64,000 bases of DNA from positions 33,542,001-33,606,000 of the forward strand of contig NC_083277.1 of NCBI RefSeq assembly GCF_963506605.1, written 5' to 3'. This document shows positions 24,521 through 34,767 of this stretch, one piece after another. Both the position numbers and the translations under genes were made by a program. The stretch comes from Zootoca vivipara. Lineage: Eukaryota. The notes beneath the pieces were generated by a model that was not told the DNA's origin, searched no databases, and was given only the letters and a program-made list of their open reading frames with translations. How positions within the stretch are numbered: the first letter of the stretch is position 1; every line of letters starts with the position of its first letter.

Positions 24521-25632
24521 ATAACTGCGTTGGTAATTGATTGTTGATTGTTGTGTTTTAGTACCGAACATGTGAGTGAATAGCCTTTGGATCATGTGAA
24601 AAGCATTGAATTGCAAATTCACCATCTTGAGAGGGTGGTGGCTGGTTCCTTTGTCCTAAAACTCTGAGAGTGAGGGTGTAAAATAAATGAAGCTCTTCAG
24701 TTAAACAGTCGAAGGCAAGATACATCCTGGAATGCAGGCAATGGAGAGAGAGAGAGAGAGGTGCTTATCTGCTCTGATTATAAGTTTTTTGGTTTTTTCC
24801 TAAGATGCTAAGCCAGTGCTGGACAGCGCAAAACTTTGTATAGTTATCTTGGAAGTATATTTGAAGTATATTTGTTCTGTTTTTTTGAAGAAAGTTCTGC
24901 AAGTAAAAGTTTGGATAATATCTAATGGTTCTGGACAATCCTTCATTTCCCAAAGGGCTCACTTTTCATGCATCCAGTTGCTTCGAACTGTGCAATATGA
25001 ATATCTGCAATACAGACTTTACAGTCAGTGCTGTTTTTATCCAATAAAGTGTTCCAGTTCTGGAATACTTGTTTTGCTTCTCATCCATAGCTTGCAGAGA
25101 AGCCAACTGTTTGCAATGCATATATCCTATTCTATTTATTTCTCCAGTGAAGTTCCCTAGGGGGGGGGGGGCGGGAAAATCTCTTTTAGCTAACTATAGA
25201 AGATCACCCTTTAAATCAATGACCTACATCCCAAAGTGTTACTGTTAGCTGGTGTACTGTACTCAAAACAAAGTTGCCCCAGAGGAATGCTACTGGGAAA
25301 TGTTCCTTCATCACTTGAGGGTCTCCGTACAGGGCCATCATTCTGCAAACTGGAAGGTTTTGCATCCTGTTAGCCAGACAAGGCATCTGACCTTCATCAT
25401 AACAAACATTTTTTGATGAATGCAGTAACTGCCACATGTTTCAATGGCAAAACTTGCCTATTCCGTACAAAACAAGAAACACTTCACACTCCAATATTAC
25501 ACTCTGTCAGCTCTGTAGCAGGTCATTAATCATGGTACCACACTTTTCTTGCAATGTTCTTCAGGCAGACTTTCTTTTATCTTCTCTTTGCTTCCCTTCT
25601 CAAAAGATTCCTTAAGAAAGGAAGACCTTAAT

Positions 25633-25634
<2 letters not shown>

Positions 25635-25692
<58 letters not shown>
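25635..25692. repeat. (GAAA)n microsatellite
   Basis: Perfect tetranucleotide run. Confidence 0.95.
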
Positions 25693-26032
25693 ACTGGTAA
25701 GGATTAAATGCCAAAGTTTCAGGCAATTATGAGTCAGAGCAATTATGTGATACGAACCTGAAAATATTTGTGTCAATTTCATGAAACCTTAAAGCACTTA
25801 AGTACGTGCTCTGTTCTAGTGAGAGAGAAAAGGAGTAGTCATTAAAAATAATGCATCTGCCCACTTTTAAATTGTTTGTTCACATGACGACTATCACTAT
25901 AAGGTCCACTTCATCTCTTCTCAGGTGGTGAGGGAAGGGGTGACTCTTTCCTGCCTCAGAAACAGAGCAGAGGAAAAGTTTGAGGTATTTGCACGTGAAA
26001 AAACCTGTGTACATATGGTACAAGATACCCCA

Positions 26033-26421
26033 TTTTTATAAAAAAAATTATTTATAACAAATATACATTTCAGCAATAATTAAACATTTCAAACCTCGAC
26101 TTCCCTCCCCCTCGTTCTGCGGCTCAAATGTATTTTCACCCTGCATATTCCAAATTGTCTCAACTTATTCTTTTACTCATCTGTTTTCATATACCAGTAT
26201 GTTTTAGAAACTGCAAGTTTTTACAGTAGTCTTAATCTATTTGCAATTTGTTTGAAAATATTCAATAAACCATTTCCATTCCTTTATAAAAAAAATTGTT
26301 GTCTTGATTTCTTATTCTTCTGGTAAGGTTCACCATATCTGCATAGTCCAGTAATTTCTGTAGCCATTCTTTTCACATCGGGACTTCTACTTTCCATTTT
26401 TGGACAAATATCACTCTTGCA
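26033..26421 (-). mobile_element. 5'-truncated L1-clade LINE
   Basis: 11-bp TSD AAGATACCCCA (26022-26032, 26422-26432). The minus strand gives an L1 ORF2 terminus (EWLQKLLDYADM) and an A-rich tail. Confidence 0.75.
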
Positions 26422-27780
26422 AAGATACCCCAGAATTTTGTTCAATTATTACTAAATCCTATAAGATATGGTGGAGTCGAAGCGAACACAGTAAATCAGA
26501 TGAGGTGATGACATCTGCTCCCTGTTAATCAGGGAGAGATGATCCTGACCATATTTTTGCAATGTTGTGGAGATTCTGATCCACGGTGCCCATGAGACTC
26601 AACAGGGAAGTCTATTCCCCACCCACACTGCAACACATGAAGATTTTCAACCCTCCCAGGGTAGAAATCACACTAAATAACTCCAGATGTCCATCATGAT
26701 GTTGATGACCTTGATATGCTGCTGGATCTCTGCATCTCATCTGTGCACCCCAATTCCCATCTCATCCACCAAGGGAATCAATCCATAGGTGGATTGTACT
26801 GGCAATGTAGGTTCTCTGTGGGGGTGGTGGAAATGAAGCCATTTCTTCTTTGTCCCAGAGGCAAAGGCAGGATGACACTGTTACCGATATGACAACTGTA
26901 CTTTCTCTTGAAAGGTTCTCAAACATTATTTAATGTAATGCTCTTCCTCTTTCAGTGACCTTTGTAACAGGGTAAATATGGCAGAGCAATATATAGGTGC
27001 AGTGCTTTTTTTGCTTGACTGCAGCATCCATCATAACTCATAAGTCTGAGCTGCGCTGAGAAGGGCTTTCAGATGGAAGCACGTTTATTTCGTTCTAGGT
27101 AAGTAAAGATGATAAGCGCACCTTGAGGAAAACAGATTTCATATCTTACTGCAAGCACACAGCGGCATGGTTACCGCCTGAAAGAATGAGGAGCGGCGGA
27201 GGGGAGGAGGGCGGTGCTTTAATTGATGTAAATGAAGCATGTTGATTCAGGTTAACAACTATTAATCAACCCTCCTGAACAAGTAAATGAACTCGAAATT
27301 AAACAAATCCTGCAGCATGCTCCCATAGTAGCCTACCCCCAAAACAAATTGGGCAACGCTATTTTAATTGCTACTGTCTGGAAAAGGAAACAAGTGAAAG
27401 TCCAAGACTCAGAGGAGCGCAGGCACATGCAAACAAAAGGAGAAAACAGAATGTATGCTGATTATGTAGACATTTGGACATCTCTAAGCCATGTCTCCAC
27501 TCACGTTCTTGTCATCTGGAGAAGGAGCACAGGGTTATGCTCCAGCCACGTAAGTCTGAAGGGAAGAGAGAAGAAGGGACCTGCTGTGGTAAAGGCCAGA
27601 TGACAGCAGGGGAAAAGATCCCACAGCTCCAAGAGTGGGAGGATGCAGGAACCAAGGAGCACAAAGCTGTGGCAAACCTAGCTAGGACCAGGTTTGGAGT
27701 GACAATCACCCACTGCTTAACTGCATCTTTACTTTAGGATTTATTTGCAAACCTCTCACTATATTAATAACAGATGCATT

Positions 27781-28547
27781 CATACCCTCCAACATTTCTC
27801 CAATGAAAATAGGAATGTCCTATTCCATAATGATAATTATACTATTTATACCCCACACATCTTACTGGGTTGCCCCAGCCACTCTGGACAGCTTCCAACA
27901 TATATAAAAACATAATACAACATTAAACATTAGAAAAAAACTTCCTTAGACAGGATTGCCTTCAGATGGCTCAGGGGTCAGATAACTCCATGCCCTCCAA
28001 CATTTCTCCAATGAAAATAGGGACATCCTGAGGAAAAGTGGGACATTCCAGGATCAAATCAGAAACTAGGGTGGTTTCTCTAAATCAGGGACATCTCTGT
28101 AAAATAGGAACAGGGCTGTCTTTAAGAAAAGTGGTGCTGGGATGCAAATATCCACCCAGCGCCCCCAAATTACCACGGATAATGTTGGGGTGGCCATAGC
28201 TGCGCATGGCCAGCCATCCGAGGGGGGCGCAACTCTCCCCCATGCCGCTGCGGGAGAGCGATTCCCACAGAGGCTTGGGAGTGAAGTTGCGCCACTCCCA
28301 AGCCTTCGTGGGAGGAGAGCAATATCTGCAGAGGCTTAGGAGGCTTGGGATGGAAGCTGCATGCACGCCAGCCTTATGGTTGGTGGGGCGCAGCTAGCGG
28401 GCGTGCAGAGAAAGGGGAGGCCGCTGGCAAAACCACACAGCTCCCCCCCCACTTGCTGGGGTGCCCCTGAGAGGCTAGCGCCCTGCCGCAACACAGCACT
28501 AAGCCCTATGGGAAAGACAGCTCTGGATAGGAACACTTGGAGGGTCT
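27781..28547. mobile_element. Composite hAT-like element with duplicated left end, embedded L2 tail and nested insertion
   Basis: ACCCTCCAA / TTGGAGGGT terminal inverted repeat. About 41 bp of the left end recurs at 27989-28029, an L2 tail lies on the minus strand at about 27835-27968, and TGCATT occurs on both flanks. Confidence 0.6.
28111..28525. mobile_element. Nested hAT-like non-autonomous element
   Basis: TIR CAGGGCTGTCTTT / AAAGACAGCTCTG (1 mismatch) and 8-bp TSD AATAGGAA / GATAGGAA. Confidence 0.72.
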
Positions 28548-29788
28548 CTGCATTTGGGTTTTTAAAATAGTACTGTTCATGCAGCTATACAGAGGATAGT
28601 CAATGCCTGGGGTAGAGGGCGACAGCAGCAAGACTTACCTCTGTCCTCTTCTTGTTCATGGGTCTTTCTGCACATAGCCTACAGTATGTGCACATTGTGG
28701 TTGTGTAGACCAGGGCCAGCCCAGGATGTTTTGTTGCTCGAGGCAAAACAGAAGATTGTGTCCCTGCACCCACCTCAGAGGCAGTGAACAGTGCTCTCCT
28801 AATGGGCCCGGATTTGCCGCTTCTCCCAGCTGTGTCCCCAGATTGCTTCATGCACCGAGCCTCATGCCAATGTAATTCCACTTTTCCCCACACAGATTCA
28901 GTTTGGTCACACGAACAGGCCAAATACAGGACAATGGGACAAGGGTCCACGGGCTGTGCATGTGAGGGTGGTGGTGGTGGTGAGAATCACTGCTTTTGTC
29001 CATTTCAGAACATGGACTTTATAAATGTTTCCTTCTAGAAACTCTGACGACTTTCTCTCAGACAAGATCAAAAGTCTATCCTTTTCCTTCTTTCTCAACA
29101 TGTTTTCCCCCTTCAAAAGTGTCAGTTCTCAGGATAAGCTCAGCTTCAGTTGATAATATCACAAATAATCCTCTGTACTGAATAACCTTTCAACATAATG
29201 ATGTCCTGCGAATCCACCCAGACCAATACGCTGATTACTTTTGAGCCCTTCAAAAAGGTGCACCAAGTAAAACAGGAACTGAATTCTAGAATATGGTCTG
29301 TGATCTTGCAAACAGAGAGAAATTCTTTTATCCTGTGCACCTAAGGCTGGTTTCATTGCTCATACTCCACATATACCAAAGCAACCCTAAATCAAGTGTT
29401 AATGTACATGGGGCATTGTGAATTGGCTGGGGGGTTTTCAGTGTTGATTTTGGCTGTATAAGGCCTAAGCTCAGTTTTCAGCTCAGCCACAGACTTTCTG
29501 GGTAACGATAGATGTGTCTTTCTCTCCCTATCTCAATTGTCCATCTGTGAAACATAAATAGTGGCTTGATGTTACAAGGCTGTATAGATGACAGAGAAGA
29601 ATGATAAAGCTGCCTATACTCTGAAAGGGCTGTAAACACTAAAAAGAAGCCATTCTTTTCTGGTGCCACATCCCGGGCTTCTACCTTGTACATCAAATCT
29701 AACCATTTTGCAAATAACTGAAAATTGCAAACTGCAATTCTGTTTCTTATGTTCCAGAGATCAGAATGGTTTCAGCTAAAGTAGGAAC

Positions 29789-30245
29789 GGTTTTCCCAGT
29801 AGTGGTGAGAGCTGGTGTGGAGAGAGTGGTGAGAAGTGAGAGCTGGACAATAAAGAAGGCTGATCGCTAAAGAATTGAGGCTTTTGAATTATGGTGCTGG
29901 AGGAGACTCTTGAGAGTCCCATGGACTGCAAGAAGATCAAACCTATCAATTCTGAAGGAAATCAGCCCTGAGTGCTCATTGGAAGGACAGATCCTGAAGC
30001 TGAGGCTCCAATACTTTGGCCACCTCATGAGAAGACTCCCTGGAAAAGACCCTGATGCTGGGAAGGATGAAGGGCACAAGGTTAAGGGGACAACAGAGGA
30101 CAAGATGGTTGGACAGTGTTCTCAAAGCCACCAACATGAGTTTGACCAAACTGCGGAAGGCAGTGGAAGACAGGAGTGCCTGGCGTGCTCTGGTCCATGG
30201 GGTCACGAGGAGTCGGACATGACTAAACGACTAAACAACAAAAAA
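29789..30245 (+). mobile_element. BovB 3' fragment with frameshifts and scrambled 5' junction
   Basis: Aligns to about 3689-4130 of the full-length copy. Confidence 0.93.
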
Positions 30246-30670
30246 AGAGATAAATTCACCATTTTTCAATAGAGCAGCTTCTCCTCAAGCTGGGTTTTTC
30301 GAGGGAGGGACTTTCTGTGTTTAGGCCAGCTATCAAATGAATACAACCTGCAATTTTCTGCTTTTTATTCTAAATATCCAGGTCAAATGGTAATTTTACT
30401 GGACTGGATAACATAGGCTTGGTTGTTAATGTGCTCTTCGCTGGCAATTGAGGTCATTTCAAAGTGTGCTCTTTCCTTTGTCTCCTTTTTAATATATAGG
30501 TCCAAGATTTTCACATCTTTTATGGGCATATGTGCAGTGATTTATACAGGGAACAAACACAGACAGGGTTTTCTTTCTTAATAGATTGTGGCTGTTTTCT
30601 CTCCAGCCCTTTGTTATAACATATTCCTGAGGTTTTTTCCCCCTCTGGTAGTGTTTTGAAGTCAAGTTTA

Positions 30671-31365
30671 TTTTTATTTTTTTTTTAATTATATTTTTTA
30701 TTAAACATTTTATCAACACACATACAGAACACAAATACAAAAAGTAAACATCAAAATACAGAAATACAAAAATACAAAAATACAACAACAACAAAAAAAA
30801 ATATCATCTCTAATCCATTTTAATATTCATTGTCCTCTGGCTTCCCCAATTCCCTACTATCTGATTTTCTTTTTTATAAACTTCTGTAGCAGTTTCTAAA
30901 TCATCCTTCTTACCCATCATATAGTCTCTTTAACACTTCAAAAATTTCATCTTTATATCATCTATCATATTTTCTCCCTTTCAGTCTTCTATTATTTCCC
31001 TATTGCCTTAACTTCTTTATTTTCCTGGATGTTCAAAATCTAATTTTCAAATTCATACCCTATGTATATTTTAAATTTCTTCCAATCTTTTAAAACTTTG
31101 TCATTTGTTTGGTCCCGGAGTCTTCCTGTCAATTCTGCCAATTCCATATAATCCATCATTTTCATTTGCCATTCCTGCCTCGAAGGCAGTTCCTCTTTTT
31201 TCCAATATTGTGCTATTAAGATCCTAGCGGCTGTGGTGGCATACATAAACAAATTAACATCGTCCTTGGGAATTTCTTCCCCAATTATTCCAAGCAAAAA
31301 GGCTTCCGGTTTTTTCAAAAATGTGTTTTTAAACATCTTTTTCAACTCATTATAAATCATTTCCC
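30671..31365 (-). mobile_element. 5'-truncated L1-clade LINE
   Basis: 15-bp TSD TTGAAGTCAAGTTTA (30656-30670, 31366-31380), poly(A) tail, and ORF2 C-terminus KPEAFLLG...YATTAARILIAQYWK...EWQMKMMDY. Confidence 0.88.
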
Positions 31366-32547
31366 TTGAAGTCAAGTTTAAACTGCTGGAAACACAGCAG
31401 CATATGAACTGGAGCTATTTGAAGAAAAGGAAAGGAAACAGAAATTTTAAATAGGGGTAGCAATTCATGTTCTGAATCTTTACCATGCATATTTATAAAC
31501 AAGCAGAAGAATTTAGTGCAGAAAACTTTGTGGCTATTTAATATCCAGAAATGTAACAATCAAATAAGCAAACAGACAAAAAAAATGTTGGCTGGTTCAA
31601 ACCGGCATTTATAAACCAAACTTCAGGATACCGTTGACTGAGATGGTAGTCCAAACCAGGCAAACAAATACTCTCAAGACAATACATCACTTGGCATCAA
31701 CTGGTTTGCAATGTTTGTTCCAACTCTGATCGCAGAAGTAGAGGAAACGACTCAAATTGTATCTGATTTTTTAATTATAAATTCATTTGAAGTGTTTTGA
31801 GTTCACATGATGAGGACCCCAGAACAGCTTGCATAAGACCAATAAAGTCAATAATATTGCATTAAAATCAGTTACGAGAAGGTTTTAGCAGAAGATTTGG
31901 CTGACCTGTGTGAATTTGGAGGCGAACACTGTCGGGTGTTGTGGGACCGTGTGATTTGGAAAGTTGACTATCATTTGGCTGTCATGGACATGTGGCCTTT
32001 AGAAGGTTGCCCAGAAGGCAATGAGCTTGGGCTTTAAAAAGGGGGGGGGGGTCCCTTGCTTTTCTGTTTACCGAGCTAGAAGCTATTAATGACACAATTC
32101 AGTACAGGAATAGAGTGCACTCTATGTTGTTGAGACTGAACATGGAATAATTAACTGAAACCTGTCCATGGTATCTCCAAGTAGGGCCTGAAACCCTTGA
32201 GTGTTGCTGCCAGTCAGATCAAAACTGAACAAAACAGACTAGTAATCTGACTTGGCATACCCCCGTGTCCTTTGTTCCTAAATGGGTAACTTCTCGCACA
32301 GTTAAATCCTGTCTCTATTTCAGCTTGGTCTCTGGATATAAATATTGTTATGGGTTTGGCTGTGTTGATTATAGTAAGTTGCACCAGACAATTAATGGAT
32401 TTGCCACATAACAAACTTGTGGGTTGTGATGGGCTTGATGGCTAGCAGGTTGTACAGGCCTGGAATACTTGAAATGGAAACAGATCCGATGACTTTTGTC
32501 ACGTCCCCTTGCTTGATACTTGCATGCTGGACATAAGGTATGTCGTG

Positions 32548-32682
32548 NNNNNNNNNNNNNNNNNNNNNNNNNNNNNNNNNNNNNNNNNNNNNNNNNNNNN
32601 NNNNNNNNNNNNNNNNNNNNNNNNNNNNNNNNNNNNNNNNNNNNNNNNNNNNNNNNNNNNNNNNNNNNNNNNNNNNNNNNNN
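32548..32682. other. Assembly gap (135 N)
   Basis: Run of N directly next to the tail of a SINE. Confidence 0.99.
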
Positions 32683-32900
32683 CCGCCTTTCACGCCCCTT
32701 AAGGAGTCTCAAAGTGGCTAACAATCTCCTTTCCCTTCCTCCTCCACAACAAACACTCTGTGAGGTGAGTGAGGCTGAAAGACTTCAGAGAAGTGTGACT
32801 AACCCAAGGTCATCCAGCAGCTGCATATGGAGGAGCAGAGACCCGAACCTGGTTCACCAGATTATGAGTCCACCGCTCTTAACCACTACACCACAATGGC
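32683..32900 (-). mobile_element. tRNA-derived CORE-type (MIR-like) SINE with L2-like tail
   Basis: The minus-strand head TGTGGTGTAGTGGTTAAGAGCG...CAGGTTCG has A/B boxes, followed by the CORE block GATGACCTTGGGTTAGTCAC...CAGCCTCACTCACCTCACAG. Confidence 0.8.
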
Positions 32901-33324
32901 TTTTTTTTTAAATTCTTCCAGCCTAACAGCACTTGGCTATAATGAGCTTGTATCATCCTACCAACAAAGAACAAGCAGAGCAGTAGAAATGTTCCCTTAC
33001 TGCAGCATTGAAATTCAAAGCTACCAAAAACTGAAGTGGATGGCACTGAGGTTTTGTAATGTTGTTTTGGCTTGCTGTGAAAAATAATGATCTGTTGATC
33101 TGAAACTGTCAGTCACACTGAGTGCCCATTACGTTAGCATCTGTCTCCTCATTGGATCCCTCTCTGAAATATATGCTAACTGCTAAAAACAAAGAGGATC
33201 CTCTTGTGACATAATCTAAATTGTAGTTGTCAAGACTGGCAAAAAAAAAAAGAAAAGCCATCGATTCACAGCAGATTAAAAGAAGTGCCACTGTTGGGCT
33301 TAGACACTAACGGGAAATCACTAA

Positions 33325-33487
33325 TGGTGCAATCCTATACACTCTGCTCAGTGGGATTTACTCCCAGGTAAGTGTACAGAAGATTGCAAGATGAACAGTG
33401 CCATCCTATACTTGCCTATTCGAAAGTTAGCCCCATTAAATTCAATGGGAATTATTCCCAGATACGTGTGTACAGGTTGCTGCCTTA
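33325..33487. mobile_element. Two adjacent short palindromic MITEs (GCAATCCTATAC...GATTGC family)
   Basis: Each unit is self-complementary around ACTCCCAGGTAAGTG / CCCATT..AATGGG. Degenerate relatives lie near 11210, 21800 and 39200. Confidence 0.55.
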
Positions 33488-33527
33488 ATCTTAGAAGTCA
33501 GAAGTTCAGAATGAATGAGGTATTTTG

Positions 33528-33897
33528 TTTGTTTGTTTTTTAACATTTAAGAAAGCTTTATTTAAACTAGAGGTCATTTAAGTGCGTAATGGTTTCATGT
33601 GTACAGGCTCTTAGATCATATTCTTAGTTTCATTTAACAATGGCTAGATAATATAATTCTAGAAAACTCCTCAGAACACTTTAAGATCTCCTACTCCTAC
33701 CCACACGCTCCCTCTCAACTCCCACAACCCTCTCAACCGAATTAACTGCCTCCCATACCTTTTAAACGTGTGGCAGTCCCGCCCCCTCAGGAATGGAATG
33801 CGTCATTTATCTAGGAGGTTGGGGTTTAACTCTTTACACCCTGGAGTTCTATTGCAAACCAGCCCAATCCGTCACATCTCTTCCCTCCCCCGAAAAC
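33528..33897 (-). mobile_element. Retroposed LTR-element 3' end (PPT + U3 + R + A-tail) bounded by a 12-bp TSD
   Basis: TSD TGAGGTATTTTG at 33516-33527 and 33898-33909. On the minus strand the PPT GGGGGAGGGAAGAGA abuts TGTGACGG, and AATAAA lies 15 nt before an A-rich tail. Confidence 0.65.
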
Positions 33898-34099
33898 TGA
33901 GGTATTTTGAAGCCGCTAGGAAGCAATATTTGTAAACTAAATACTGAATAAGTTCAAAATCTTAAAGGTAGTGAGCAGAAGGTCTTGGAGATAATACAGG
34001 AGGCCTTCACTTTTGTATATACGTGAAATCGTACATCTAGAAATTCTAGGCACTATTCACACCACATTCTGGAACATAGAATGTTGCCTTTCACAAGGT

Positions 34100-34390
34100 C
34101 AAATTAAGAACACAAGGACATAAGATGAGCCCTGCTGGATCAGGCCAATGGCCCAGCTAATCCAGTATCCTGTTGTCACAGTGGTGAACCAGATGCTTGT
34201 GGGAAGCCTAAAATTCTGAGCACTAGAAGAGGATTTTTCTATTTGTGAGTCTAGCAACATCTGAGCCCAGCAAAAGTCTCTCACATAATTTTGTGTCTGA
34301 GAGCCTTCTAGCTGGGGAGGTTAGGGGTTGACCCTGGAAACTTCTACATGCAATGCATGTGCTCTAACCCTGAGCTACAGGTGCCTCCCC
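34100..34390 (-). mobile_element. tRNA-derived SINE (Squam3-like head) with CR1-type tail
   Basis: Head GGGAGGCACCTGTAGCTCAGGGTTAGAGCAC...CAGGGTCAACCCC and tail GGCCATTGGCCTGATCCAGCAGGGCTCATCTTATGTCC. Confidence 0.65.
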
Positions 34391-34745
34391 TTAATCATCA
34401 TGGGTGGTGCCCACTATTGAAGTCTGTAAATCCCTAACTACTTTATCCTTGACTATTTCAAGCAGAAAGGCTCTCCCTTACCATGTGATGCTATTATGGC
34501 ACATTGCCAAATGTGTGGCAACCTTAGCTGCCCAGGTTTCCCTTTCAAGAGAACCATTTCAAATTTTACTTGGTTGGGGGGCGGGGATTTCAGAGCATGG
34601 AGAAGAGGGAAGAGATTATACCCAGGAACACATTCTTCCTGTAGTTTAGTTTAGTCCAGTACCTAGCTGAATAGATTCTATCTTTAGGAGCAATAATTTA
34701 CTGTACAAAAAATGGAAATAATATCCTTTTTTCAAAAAATAGAAT

Positions 34746-34767
34746 ACACACACACACACACACACAC
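34746..34767. repeat. (CA)n microsatellite
   Basis: Direct observation. Confidence 0.9.

Noticed and set aside
32392-32911. ORFs spanning X runs
   Set aside because: Artefacts of the N gap.
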